NCBI RefSeq assembly: GCF_006345805.1
Contig: NC_043013.1
Coordinates: 9,052,001 to 9,116,000 of the forward strand
DNA: 64,000 nt
Source of the DNA: Octopus sinensis
Lineage: Eukaryota
Direction: 5' to 3'
The translations under genes and the position numbers were made by a program. The notes under the pieces were generated by a model. The model did not search any database. It worked only from the letters and a program-made list of their open reading frames with translations, and was not told the origin of the DNA. Positions 24,396-37,955 of this stretch are shown piece after piece; position 1 is the first letter of the stretch, and each line of letters starts with the position of its first letter.

Positions 24396-26167
24396 TTCCA
24401 GGGAGACACTCTCTCTCCACTCCTTTTCTGCTTGGCACTGTCACCTCTATCTGATATGCTAAATAGAACTGGATGCGGATATAAATGTTACGGCAAAACG
24501 ATCAGCCACCTTTTATATATGGATGACCTCAAAACTATATGGCAAATGACAAACAGCTGGAAACACTGTTAAAGACAGTTCATGGATTTACCAAAGAAAT
24601 AGAAATGAAATTGGATTAGAAAAATGCGCCAAAGTAACCATGAAAAGAGGAAAACTAGTTAAGAGTAGTAACATCACACTAGATAAAACCAATGAAATAA
24701 AAGAATTAGACCAAAGCCAAACTTACAAATACTTAGGAATCCGTGAACTAGATAAGACAAACACACACAAATGAAAGAGAAATAAAAAAAGAATATTATA
24801 GACGAGTTAGATCAATACTAAAAACAGAGCTCAGTGCTAAAAACAAGATAATAGGTATTAACACTTTAGCTGTCCCAGTTATAAGTTACAGCTACAATAT
24901 CCTTAACTGGACACTAAATGAACTGACCAAAATAGATAGGAAAACAAGAAAATAATGACAGGATCTAGGATGCATCACCCAAAATCTGACATAGAAAGAC
25001 TATATATACAACGTATAGAAGGTGGTAGAGGCCTTATACAGCTGGAAAACTACTATAAAATAACCACCATAGGACTACAAAAATATCTACTTCAGAAGAA
25101 GGAAAACTGATACAAATAGCGGCAAAACACGAGCAAAACAAAAAACTGTTCTCAGTATTTAAGGAAGCTGACAAATACAAACAAGAAATCATACCACCTA
25201 ATAAATATGAAGAAGAAGAAGAAGAAAAGAAGAAAGAAACACAAAGCTATAAAACAAATGAAATCCAAACTAAAACAGAACAGCAACGAACCATGATAAA
25301 AACGATGGCATGAAAAGCCCCTTCATGGTAAATACTGCACTAAACTAAACGCAAAAGAAATAGACAAAGAAAAATCCCAGCAATGGTTGAGAAGCTCAGG
25401 ACTCAAAGCAGAGACAGAGGGATTTTTAATTGCAGCACAAGACCAAAGCCTCCCCACCAGAAATTACCAAAAACATGTAATGAAAAGAAATATAACAAGT
25501 AACTGCAGAATATGTGGAGATGGACAAGAAACAATAAATCATATTATCTCTGGCTGCCCAGTCGTAGCTAAGAAGGAATATATTCATAGACATGACAGAG
25601 TTGGAACCTACATACACTGGAAGCTATGCCAACATTATGGAATAACAACAGAAAAAAGATGGTATAGGCACACACCAGAAAAGGTCACAGAAAACGAGAA
25701 AGCAACCATACTCTGGGATATGCCGATACACACAGATAGAGAAATTAAGGCCAACAGACCAGATATAGTTGTCAGAGATCATGAAGAAAAAAAATGCTTT
25801 CTAATTGATGTATCATACCAGCAGATGACAACGTGTCTCTAAAAGAAATGGAGAAACTTTCAAAATACAAAGACCTGGAAATAGAGGTAACTAGAATGTG
25901 GAATCTAAAAACAGAAACAATTCCTATCATAGTAGGTGCATTAGGCATGATAAAAAATATTCAGACAAATACATAACAAAAACACCAGGACTTACAAACA
26001 CATATAACATACAGAAAATGCACTACTAAGGCACTGCACACACATCCTACGCAAACTCTTTCATACATAACCATCAGAGCATCACAACAAATCACAGCAC
26101 ATACCTAAGCACACAGAGCTGCACTCGGTAGTGAAGTGAAAGCACGCTATAAAAATAAAACTACTGA
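24394..26167 (+). pseudogene. R4/Dong-like non-LTR retrotransposon with restriction-like endonuclease, 5'-truncated, frameshifted
   Basis: IFQGDTLSPLLF...HLLYMDDLKLY (RT); CRICGDGQETINHIISGC (CCHC); RHDRV; NRPDIVV...FLIDV (RLE); flanked by (TAA)n at both ends. Confidence 0.9.
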
Positions 26168-26366
26168 ATGATGATAATAATAATAATAGGGAATATAACT
26201 CCAAACTTACAGGGAAAAATTCAATTTAGTATTAAATCAAATTTCAATTTAGTATTAAATCAAATTTCACAGTATAAATATATAAAATATAAATTAGAGA
26301 TAAAACCACTATTATGCAACTCAAACATTGATAGACATAAACCAATACATAAATAACAAATAATAT

Positions 26367-26404
<38 letters not shown>

Positions 26405-26482
26405 ACTTATAACTAGATCTCATTCATTTTATACTTTTTGAGATCTAGTTATAAGTTATATATTTAAATTAAAAAATAAAAT

Positions 26483-26520
<38 letters not shown>

Positions 26521-26529
26521 TAAAAAAAA

Positions 26530-26850
26530 AGACCCCCTTTGGTCATGAATGACCATGGGATTGCATCCAGAAAGCTCTCCTCTGAGGCACAAATCAGAGC
26601 GAGGTTGCTTGTGAAAGACCAGCAGTTGCTCATGCATATCATCTTCCCTTCTCCACACCCCTCATGTTGTCCAAAGGAAAAGCAAAGGCCGATACAGCTT
26701 GGCACCAGTAAGGTCATAACTTACTTCTACAGCCGTGTGAACCAGAGCAACTTGAAATAAAGTGTCTGACTCAAGAACGAACACACAGCCCGGTCTGGGA
26801 ATCAAGTTCACAACCTCTTGTTTGTAAGCACAATGCTCTAAACACTGAAC
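26530..26850 (-). mobile_element. SINE-D copy (diverged)
   Basis: gacccccttggtcatgaatgaccatgggattgcatccagaaag... Confidence 0.8.
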
Positions 26851-26919
26851 CATTTGCTTTCATTATATGCATGTGTGTGTGTGTGTGTGTGCATACATGT
26901 ATGTATGTATGTCAGGTCA

Positions 26920-27290
26920 CTTTCGAGTGCTACTGGTAACATGTAACCCAGTACAACCTGTTGAATGGTCGGGTCGTCGGCGACTAAACCGGCAACCCCA
27001 CCAAGCTTTCTTGGTGAGGAGGGTGTTTATTGGACATCTTGCAGGATGAAAAACAAAACCCGTCAAAGGGCGGAGGAACTCTTGAGAGTCAACGGCCATC
27101 CAATAAATGTCTTAAGGCTGTATCATGCGCGGGGACATAGAAATAATCGGACTGAATACCCGATCGCGTGGTTAAACCATTGGGAGTGAAGGACTCCTAG
27201 CCTTTGTTAGGGCATCCTTCTAGGAGAAGGTAACTTAAGTAACTGAGATAACTCCGACATAAAACCTGCGGCTAAGTGGATACCGATGAT
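26920..27290 (+). mobile_element. Probable RTE-type LINE 5' UTR fragment
   Basis: GC/CpG-rich segment ending agggcatccttctaggagaaggtaact...aaacctgcgg, resembling the ctaggagaaggaaaact...aaacc motif recalled from RTE 5' UTRs. Confidence 0.45.
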
Positions 27291-28079
27291 GTTGACTTGT
27301 TCTTCTTTTCAGATTATGGCTGTTGTTGCTTAGTGAGTGGGATTGACTCAGTGCACAGCCTTTCCTCACTTTAGAAAAAAAATCTTCTTGCACAGGCATT
27401 GCTCTATAGCAACATTGTTCATTATTGTTGATGGTGCTGTGAGTCTCAACTGAATGGCTGGCTGTAGCCTTAAAAAGCAAATAAAAGTCACATTCGATCA
27501 CAGCACCGATAACAGTTAAGCTTCGTGCAATGGCCATACTCGATAACGAGGGGGCAGCCATCATGTATGTATGTGGGTGTGGGGCATCCTCTTGTCTTGA
27601 TATCACATGATGGGTCATAAATGAGCATCATCCATTTCCAGTCTTCCATGAAAACATGTCCAGCCATGGGGAAATATTTCTTTACTTGGGAACAGGAGAG
27701 AGTTGGTGACAGGAAGAGCATCCGGCCATAGAGAACCTACCTCAAATAATTCCATTTGGTCCAGGCAAGCATGGAAAAGCAGACACTAAAATGATGATGA
27801 TGATGATGATGATGATGATGGTGATGTACTGATTTTCCCTTAAACACACATTTCTAAATCACTGCAGAGCATTTAACTTTCTTATATCACCTTCCCCATT
27901 CCCTAAATATTCTCATCTTCATGAATATATGAAGAGGTGGTGGTGGTGGCCGGTGGGCGGAAGAGCTATTCTCTGTGTATTGTTCTTATCTTTAGAAATG
28001 TTATGACACTGATACCTAACAAACTGAACTAAAATATGCAATTAAGATAGACACCATCAACTGACATCTATTCACAAAA

Positions 28080-28110
<31 letters not shown>

Positions 28111-28464
28111 AAAATTAAAACAAAACCTTCCTTACTATCTAGTATATAAGAGAACAACTACATGTTGACCGTTTAATCCTGCCTGCAGGACATATATAAA
28201 CACCAGAGACACTGTAGCAGGCAGTATTATTCTGTCTTTTATCAAGACATCTACATAAAATATGGTGGTGTCTAACTTCATTCAGCATTTCTATTTTTAT
28301 TATCAAAGAAAATAAAACAAGCAAATAAAAATAAAAAAACTTACAGCTACACAATCACCTTCCACATGATTAGTGTAAGCGACACATTATTACTATTATT
28401 ACTATAATTATTATTATTATTATTATTATATTATTATTATTATTGTTATTATTATTATCATATT

Positions 28465-28945
28465 AAATCAAAATCAAAATCAAACCAAATCAAATCAGAT
28501 ATCAGAAAGCAGAACCAAAATCGAAGTTGATCAACATCAATGGAAATTGCAGCTGTGATACCAGAGCCGGTGACAAGTAAGCGAACCATCCGATCGTGGC
28601 CGTTGCCAGCACCGCCCTGACTGGCCTCCGTGCCGGTGGCACGTAAAAAGCACCATCCGTTCGTGGTCATTGACAGCCTCGCCTGACCCCCGTGCCGGTG
28701 GCACGTAAAAAGCACCATCCGTCCGTGGCCGTTTGCCAGCTCCATCTGACACCTGTGAGGGTGGCACATAAAAAGCACCCACTACACTCACGGGGTGGTT
28801 GGCATTAGGAAGGGCATCCAGCCGTAGAAACACTGCCAGATCAGACTGGGCCTGATGCAGCCTTCTGGTTTCACAAACCCCAGTTGAACCGTCCAACCCA
28901 TGCTAGCATGGAAAGCGGACGCTAAATGATGATGATCATCATCAT
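28465..28945 (+). mobile_element. RTE 3' UTR copy (about 4 tandem units)
   Basis: Same units and (GAT)n tail as 13415-13850. Confidence 0.85.
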
Positions 28946-28971
28946 CATTATTAATATTATTTATGAAAAGT

Positions 28972-29180
28972 AACGGCAGCAAGCTGACAGAACCGTTAGC
29001 ACATCAGGCAAAATGTTTTATGATATTTCAACTGTTTTTACATTCTGAGTTCACATTCTGCTGAGGTCGACTTTTCCTTTCATCCTTTCAGGACCAATAA
29101 ATTAGGTACCAGTGAAACACTGGGGTCGATGTAATCGACTAGTCCCCTCCCCACAAATTTGTACCTCATGTAAAAAGGAT
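28972..29180 (+). mobile_element. SINE-B copy (central domain resembling the Meta domain)
   Basis: ggcagcaagctgacagaaccgttagcac...gaggtcgacttttcctttcatcctttcagg...aaattaggtaccag. Confidence 0.8.
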
Positions 29181-29666
29181 TATTATTATTATTTTTTTAA
29201 TTTCCTTCTTTCTTCAAATCTTCTTCCGTTTCTCGCCGAGTGTTTTCCATACATCTAGGGCAGAGAAGGGCATTGTATGCATTCCCAGATTACACGCGCA
29301 AATTCACAGATAAAATATGTATTTAAAATTAATAAATAATAAATTCATGGATGAATGTTATTTTCACAGCAATAGTGCTCTTCTCAGTACATGACCGTTC
29401 CAGTTAATACAATAACGATTTTTTGCACTTCCTATAGGGATGGTAAGCCTGGAATCATTTTCAAATAGGCTTCAGTACCTTTTTTATATCATTCTAGAGA
29501 TCCTACAATCACTGGTACTGTAGTCGCCTTGAGATGCCCACAGTTTTTCAATTTCTATTAGCAGTCTGTATATTTACTAATCTTGTCAAATTTATTTCAT
29601 TGTTATATTGTGATCACAGGAATACTCATGTCAATTAATAAACACGATATTATTATTATTATTATT

Positions 29667-30148
29667 CAGTAGTTTTTATTTTTTATACGTGCTTTCACTT
29701 CACTACCGAGCGCAGCTCTGTGTGCCTTGGGTATGTGCTGTGATTTGTTGTGATGCTCTGATGGTTTATTGTATGGAAATGTTCTGCGTAGGATGTGTGC
29801 ATGCCTAGTAGTGCAATTTTCTGTATGTTATTGTGGTTTGTAAGTCCTGGTGTTTTTGTTATGTATTTGTCTGAATATTTTTTATCATGCCTAATGCACC
29901 TACTATGATAGGAATTGTTTCTGTTTTCAGGTTCCACATTCTAGTTATCTCTATTTCCAGGTCTTTGTATTTTGAGAGTTTCTTCTCCATTTCTTTTAGA
30001 GACACGTTGTCATCTGCCGGTATTGATACATCAATTAGAAAGCATTTTTTTCTTCATGATCTCTGACAACTATATCTGTCTGTTTTGCCTTAATTTCTCT
30101 ATCTGTGTGTATCGGCATATCCCAGAGTATGGTTGCTTTCTCGTTTTC

Positions 30149-30149
<1 letters not shown>
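29667..30149 (-). pseudogene. R4/Dong-like 3' fragment inserted in (ATT)n
   Basis: Matches 25690-26167; (ATT)n on both sides. Confidence 0.9.
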
Positions 30150-30195
<46 letters not shown>

Positions 30196-30649
30196 CATTA
30201 TTATTATTATTCCTTCATCTGTCCTTGTGTGTCCCCTCAATGTTTAGCCCCTTGTGGGCAATAAAGAAATAAGAATCATTATCACACTGAACAAAATACT
30301 TAGCAGCCTTTTGTCCATCTTTATATTTTGAGAGTTTAAATATCATTGAGCTCAATAAGTACCAGTTGAGCACTGGGTTCAATGTAATTGACTCACCCCA
30401 TCCCCAAAAATTTCAGGCCTTATGTCAATAGTAGTAAGGATTATAACTATTATTATCTTTTTTTTTTCTTCTTCTTTCAAATTTGCTTCCATTTCTTGCC
30501 GAGTGTCTCTTCCCGACTCCTAGGGCAAAGAAACTCATAGTATACATTGGTAGGCCATTAAACTAAACTCACTAGTTTGTTCATTTTTTTTTTTTAAGTT
30601 AATTAAAAATACATGGGTAGTAATAGTTCTCATATCGACAATGCTCTTC

Positions 30650-30710
30650 TCTATTTATTATTATTATTATTAATTATTATTATCATCATCATTATCAATC
30701 ATTCATCATC

Positions 30711-30773
<63 letters not shown>

Positions 30774-30782
30774 CATCATTCA

Positions 30783-30857
<75 letters not shown>

Positions 30858-30883
30858 TATTATTATGATTATCATCATCATCA

Positions 30884-30919
<36 letters not shown>

Positions 30920-31076
30920 GATATTATTATTATTATTATTATTATTAATATTATTATTATTATTATTATTATTATTTCACCAAGGTTGACTTTATTTTAT
31001 TAATTTTATTAATCAATCATTAGATTATTATTATTCGATTATTATTATTATTATTATTATCAATCATTATTTATTA

Positions 31077-31108
<32 letters not shown>

Positions 31109-31235
31109 CATCATTATTATTATTATTATATTATTATTATTATTTCATCATTATTATTATTATTATTATTATTTATTATTATTATTATTATTATTTTATT
31201 ATTCATCATTATTATTATTATTATTATTATTATCA

Positions 31236-31282
<47 letters not shown>

Positions 31283-31291
31283 TTATTATTA

Positions 31292-31327
<36 letters not shown>

Positions 31328-31498
31328 TATTATTATTATATCATCATTTTATTATTATATATCACATTATTATTATTATTATTATTATTATCTCATTATT
31401 ATTATTATTATTATATTATTATTATATTATTATCATGATTTATTATTATATATCATATTATTATTATATTATTAGATTATTATTATTATCATATTATA

Positions 31499-31533
<35 letters not shown>

Positions 31534-31666
31534 CATTATTATTATTATCATTATTATTATATTATTATTCATTATTATCATTAGATTATATTATTATTAT
31601 TATTATTATCATTATTATTATTATGATATTATATTATTATTAGATATTATCATTATATTATTATTA

Positions 31667-31699
<33 letters not shown>

Positions 31700-31816
31700 C
31701 ATATTATTATTATTATTATTATTATTATCATTGTATATTATTATTATTATTATTTATTATTATTATTATCATTATATTATTTATTATTTATTATTATACA
31801 TTATATTATCATTATT

Positions 31817-31847
<31 letters not shown>

Positions 31848-32059
31848 TATCATTATTATATATTATTATTATTATTATTATCATTATTATTATTATTATC
31901 ATATCATTATTATTATATTATTTTATTATTATTATATTATTATTATTTATTATTATCATTATCATTATTATATCATCATTCATCATCATCATCATCTCAT
32001 CATCATCATCATCATTCATCATCATCATCATATCATCATATATCATCATATCATCATCA

Positions 32060-32094
<35 letters not shown>

Positions 32095-32117
32095 TATTTA
32101 TTATTATATATTTTATT

Positions 32118-32161
<44 letters not shown>

Positions 32162-32300
32162 TATTATTATTATTATTATTATTGTATTATCATCATCATC
32201 ATCATCACATCATCTCATCATCATCATCATCATCATCATCTATCATCATCATATCATCATATTATTATTATTATTATATTATTATTATATTATTATTATT
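30650..32300. repeat. About 1.65-kb mosaic (ATT)n/(ATC)n microsatellite
   Basis: Direct reading. Confidence 0.95.
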
Positions 32301-32669
32301 CCACCAAGGTTGACTTTGCTTTTCATCCTTTCGGGGTCAATGAAATAAGTACACTAGGGTCAATGTATTCGACTAAGCCCCTCCCCTAATATTTCAGGTC
32401 TTGTGTCTATAGTAGAAAGGATTATTATTGCTATTACTGAGTCAGAGAGCAGCTCATGCCATCAAAGTGACGCTGGGGTACAAATATACAATGCCTAATA
32501 TGCCCATCATGATTAGCTGTCTGATAAGGGTACGACAGGCACGCACATCACATTAGCATATGTCAAACATGTTGATCTCATATCAAGATAAACAGTACAT
32601 GGCCTTGCAGGTGGGGTCCAATTAGAATTTTTTTCAGGTTGGATCTGAAAAACAATGCTCTCCCTAGAC

Positions 32670-33007
32670 CAGTGGTTCTCAACCAGGGTCCATATAAGAT
32701 TGGGGGTGGAGGGCACATAACAAAATAGTAAATTGGGGGTCCACAATAGTATTTTAAAGGCCCCAGAAAAAATTATGCTTTAGATGTATGTATTGGTTTG
32801 TACTGCAAAGACCAGCTACGTTTCTTTTTCTAACATGTTACATAGGTCAACCTACATGAGTTAATGTGTGAAAAACAAAATAGGAACTTTGAAAGAAGTT
32901 TCTAGAAAACTAGTTTTTAAACATCAAATGGCTATGGGGGTCCACCAGAATAAAATAGTAATCAAAGGGGGTCTATAGATAAAAAAAAAGATCATTGAGA
33001 ACCCCTC
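32670..33007. mobile_element. hAT (Charlie-type) MITE
   Basis: cagtggttctcaacc ... attgagaacccctc TIRs; imperfect 8-bp flanks ccctagac / ctgtagac. Confidence 0.7.
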
Positions 33008-33084
33008 CTGTAGACCCAAATTTTACACAGATATAAATCAACTATAACAAATCCTGAGTAATTGCATTAGCAACATACCTATTT

Positions 33085-33312
33085 CTTTACTACCCACAAG
33101 GGGTTAAACACAGAGAGGACAAACAAGGACAGACAAACCGATTAAGTCGACTATATCGACCTCAGTACGCAACTGGTACTTAATTTATTGATCTCAAAAA
33201 GATGCAAGGTAAAGTTGACCTCGGTGGAATTTGAACTCAGAACGTAACGGCAGACGAAATACAGCTACGCATTTCGCCCGGTGTGCTAACATTTCTGCCA
33301 GCTCACCGCCTT
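33085..33312 (-). mobile_element. SINE-B copy with the agccccttgtgggtagtaaagaaata tail
   Basis: Reverse complement of the 54960-55190 copy. Confidence 0.85.
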
Positions 33313-33939
33313 TGCGTTAGCAACATAGCAATGATGCAATTTTCAGGCATAATACACAAATGACATAATATAACATAAAATGCTAATTGCTTGAATATTG
33401 GGCAGATCATGTTCTAGTATCAACAAAAGCCCTGATAATGGATGAGTTGACTCATACATAGACATTTGTACAGAGTAGTTGAAAGATTATTATATATTAT
33501 ATAAATAGAATAGTTTATTTTTGATTGTCAAGTTAAGACATATTTTTAAAATAAAATAAAAAAAGATAGTGTAGTATTCAAACAGAAATGTAAATCACAA
33601 CTAAATAACCTAGCCAGAAAAACAGCTGCATTGTCAAGTTTGCGTCAATAAGGAGCTTGTCAATAATGTATTACATATAACATACTGCGTTATGTTTAAT
33701 GTCGTGATTTAGTTATTAGAGTTGATATCACAATTGTAGGATTGTGGTTTCGATTCCAGGATTGGGTTGTGTGGTGTTTGTTTTTGAGCAAAACACTTTA
33801 TTTCACATTGCTCCAGTCCACTCTGCAGTAAATGATTTATCCTGCAATCGACTGGCATCTTGTTTTGGGGAATGTTGTGATTTTGGTCACTTACAAGTCA
33901 TCTGCTTATGGGCACAGAGAACCTTTGATGTTGCTAAGA

Positions 33940-34240
33940 GATCCCAGCCGGAATGAGGAGATCAGGGATAGAACTGGAGTGAATGGCATCATTGCAGAAT
34001 ACCACCATACAAAAACTATGATGGGCCAGTCATGCCGGAAGGTTAACGGACAATTGGTAGACCCGTGCAGTTGTTGAGTGGCACTGACATGAATGGAAGA
34101 GACCTCTTGGAAAACCTCCAATCAGGTGGGAAGACGATCTAAGAAAGATGTTTGGAATAATGTGGAGGAGAAGGGCAAGAGCATGAGGGTAATGGATCAA
34201 ATGCTGGGGCCAAGTTCCAGCTCTCCCGTCTTATTCAACT
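33940..34240 (+). pseudogene. RTE-clade ORF2 C-terminal remnant (second family)
   Basis: SRNEEIRDRTGVNGII...EWKRPLGKPPIRWEDDLRKMFGIMWRRRAR. Confidence 0.7.
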
Positions 34241-35035
34241 GGAGTATCCTTGTATCTTTTCTACAGCAAGACACCCAACACTATCCCTCTACTCCAGGAA
34301 TTGGCAAACTGGGGTAAATACGAAATTCTTGGGGGAAATGAGGACTAATAAGATGTAAGTAGAATTTTATAAAAAAAACGTTTTCCTTGTTATAACAGAA
34401 ATTTTTTTTCTGGTATGAGGAGGCAGCCAAAGGTTGCTGTGTTTTGCAACAACTTACATTTGCAAACAAGGATTTTCCCTCAAGTGAACATAAAAACAAA
34501 GCAGAGTAATTGATTGGACCCTGAATACTGTTTCAAATTGCTCTAGCATCAAATTGCCCCCAATTTTGATGTAATTGAAACAAAAATGAAACAATATCAT
34601 TTCTCCAAAACCTGGAGTTTCTAGAAAAAAACCTTTAGTTTCATAATGAAGATATTAATTTTATTTTATTGCATTTCTTTTATACTTTTCATATTTATAA
34701 TTGTATTCTCCATGTAGATTCAATAAATCTTTTGAATTCAAAAAATCTATGATTTTCTTCCTTTCAAATCAAGGGGGTAAATTTGGCATAAATAAATATA
34801 TTTTGGGGTAATTGGTTAAAAAAGATCTCTGCTCTACTCTTAAAACTTCACACCTGGCACAAAGCCACCTCCTTCAATACTACTCTCCACAGCTGAGGGG
34901 ACTTTGTTCTGCCTTGCAAATTACTTGGTGACTCCATCAGTGCTGGTGCCATGAAAAAAGCACCAAGTACATGTTGTAAAGTAGTTGGCACTAGGAAAGG
35001 AATCCAGCCATAGAAACCATGCCAAAACAGACAAG

Positions 35036-35222
35036 TGGAGGTGCAATAGCCCAGTGGTTAGAGCAGTGAACTCGCGGTCATAAGAGCATGGTTTCGACTC
35101 CTAGACCAGGCATTGTGAGTGTTTATTGAGCAAAAACACCTAAGCTCCACTCCGGCAGGAAGGGATGGTGAACCCCGCTGTACTCTTTCACCACAACTTT
35201 CTCTCATTCTTTCTTCCTACTT
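35036..35222 (+). mobile_element. SINE-C 5' half
   Basis: gtggaggtgcaatagcccagtggttagagcagtgaactcgcggtc...gtttcgactcc. Confidence 0.85.
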
Positions 35223-35832
35223 CTGCCACAAAGCAGAGGAACCATGGTGTAACCCACTATGGTGTAGTAAACTTTCAGACCCTAGTCTAGATTGCAAATC
35301 CTCTGTACCCCAGGATGGTTCAGCTCTCCACCTATTAAAAGCTACTGTTTATGGAATGAGGATAACAACATAGCTTTCGTGCCCATGCAACTGCCAGTAT
35401 ATTGCGTGTGGTGGGTGGATCTTCAAGTTGCCACATACACTCTTAGCAGCTTAGAGTAGGCTCGAATTAGAGATTATTCTTTGTGGTTAATGGCGTGAGT
35501 CCAAAGGAGAAGAAGAAGAAGAAAACAGACAATAGAGCTGGGCACAGTCATCTGGCTTTGCAGCTCTTGTCAAACTGCCCAGACCTTGTCAACAATGATG
35601 ATAATCTGGTGCGAGGGAAGATAATCTCATTTTTAGCAAACAAGGGTGACAACTTCATGTATGTTTCAGTCTTGTTAAGGTATAGGTAGAGTGGTGAGAG
35701 GAAGGTCAATCTGATTTTTAGCAGATACAAGCAACAACCCCATGCATATTTTGGTTTTATAAAATCTCCTCAGGAAATAAGCAATATATAGAGAGGAAAG
35801 TCAATCTGATCTTTTGCTGATAGGTATACGTT

Positions 35833-36042
35833 TTTACTCTTTTACTTGTTTCAGTCATTTTACTGTGGCCATACTGGAGCACCACCTTTAGTCGAGCAAT
35901 TCGACCACAGGACTTATTCTTTGTAAGCTTAGTACTTATTCTATTGGTCTCTTTTGCCGAACCGCTAAGTTACGGGGGATGTAAACACACCAGCATCGCT
36001 TGTCAAGCGATGTTGGGGGGACAAACACAGAAACACAAACAT

Positions 36043-36110
<68 letters not shown>

Positions 36111-36275
36111 ATATGATGGGCTTCCTTCAGTTTCCATTTGCCAAATCCATTCACAAGGCTTTGGTCGGCCCGAGGCTATATAGAAGACATTTGCCCAAGG
36201 TGCCATGCAGTGGGACTGAACCCGGAACCATGTGGTTGGTAAGCAAGCTACTTACCACACAGCCACTCCTACACC
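35833..36275 (-). mobile_element. SINE-A copy, full length
   Basis: As other copies. Confidence 0.9.
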
Positions 36276-37490
36276 TAAGCATGTTAACTCTATGTATATT
36301 ACAGTTTATTAAACCTCTTTAGGAAATAGGAAATGTAGTGAACAGAAGGATAGTCTGGTCTTTAACAAAGGGGTAACAACTTTGGATATATTTCAGTGAA
36401 ATTGTGCTAATAGACTTCATCAGCAAATCATAGTTTGCTTATCAAGGGAGCAACATTTATGCATATACAAGGATTGTACAAACACTAGTGTGACAAAACA
36501 ACGTAAAGCCCATGGTTATACTTTTTTTAATAAAAAGAAAAAAAGAAAAAATGTGTATCGAAGTCATCTAAAAACTGTGTTAGATCATAGTTCAGTAAAA
36601 ATATATATATATCTGTAGCATGAAATATTTTACAAGTGAATAAAGGTGATAATCAAAAATCAGTTAGAGATTTGACAACATAATATGAACTGTGGATTAT
36701 TTGTTGAGCATTTTATTGGGCAATTCATGACAAAAGCAATTACTAGATTCATGTGCTAGGACAGGGTTTGTGAAAGACATTATATGTATAATTGTATTGA
36801 GCTGAACAAATTCTCACAACATTTAAATAAACATATTTCAAGAGTAAATATGTTACATGCGCTCTTTACAAAAAATTTCCAAACAAAAAAGTAGGCCTTA
36901 GAAGGCCTATGATAACAGAACCTATAAAAGGTTCCTACAGAATTTGTTTGAATGCTGAATTATTTCTCTCCTCAAAACAATATTCCAATGACCTCAGGTC
37001 AAAATATTCCCTATCCATATTAACAAATATATCAGCTGAAGCAAATTAATAACCATTATTTATTGAGTGGTAGGACACTGGGTGGTTTTAGAGTCGTTTT
37101 TTGCTTTGTTCTGAAATTCACATGCTCATTTGTAAGCATGGAATAATTACAAAGACACACTTTATAATTAACCAGGGCTTCATTTTAATGAATGGGAGTT
37201 AAGTTTAGACTATTCCGGCAAACACAGAGGAAAACAATTCTGTATTAGTTTACAAGGAAAAGGAAATGAATGGTTCTCAAGGTTTTTAATTACAAAAGAA
37301 ATTGTGAGAAATAAGGCTGAAAGAAATATTTATTAAAATATTCACACCACTCTCACTTGTGATTAGTGTTGATTTTACATCTACATTTATTCCAAATCTA
37401 TTGAATTTGCAGAGGCAAAAAGCTTATTACAAGTATTTTTAATAAATTTTGATTTTTTTTTTTTAGTGCAATATCTAGGACATTTTACAG

Positions 37491-37590
37491 GGCTTCCAAG
37501 TCGTATGAGAAGAGAAAGGAGAGGCACTTACTCTCAGACAAAGTGGTGACCTTGCTTGAACACTTGCAACTAAAAGCGCTCAAGGACCAG
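37491..37590 (+). CDS. Possible 100-bp internal coding exon of an unknown host gene (weak)
   Basis: ttttacag| ... CAG|gtaatg; one open frame ASKSYEKRKERHLLSDKVVTLLEHLQLKALKDQ; no homology recognised. Confidence 0.2.
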
Positions 37591-37955
37591 GTAATGGTGT
37601 TAAACAGAGCGACAGTTTAACACCCTTTCATTAAAATATTGCAGGAATTGTACTCATACTTGCAACTAGTACTCATATCAAATCTAAACAGAGTTCCAAT
37701 CTATTGAGTTTACAGGAAAAAAATTATTATTATTGAGAATGAGATGGGCAAAATGTTAGAGTGTTAGATTGTACTTTGTAGTATTTCCTCTTGCTCTTTA
37801 CGATCTTAGATCAAATTCTAGTGAGGTCAACTTTGCCTTTCGGAGATCATTAAAATAAGTACCAGTAGAACTCTGGATTTGATGTAATTGACTTACTACC
37901 TCCTCTGAAAACTGCTGGACTTGTGCCAAAGTTTGAAATTATTATTATTATTATT

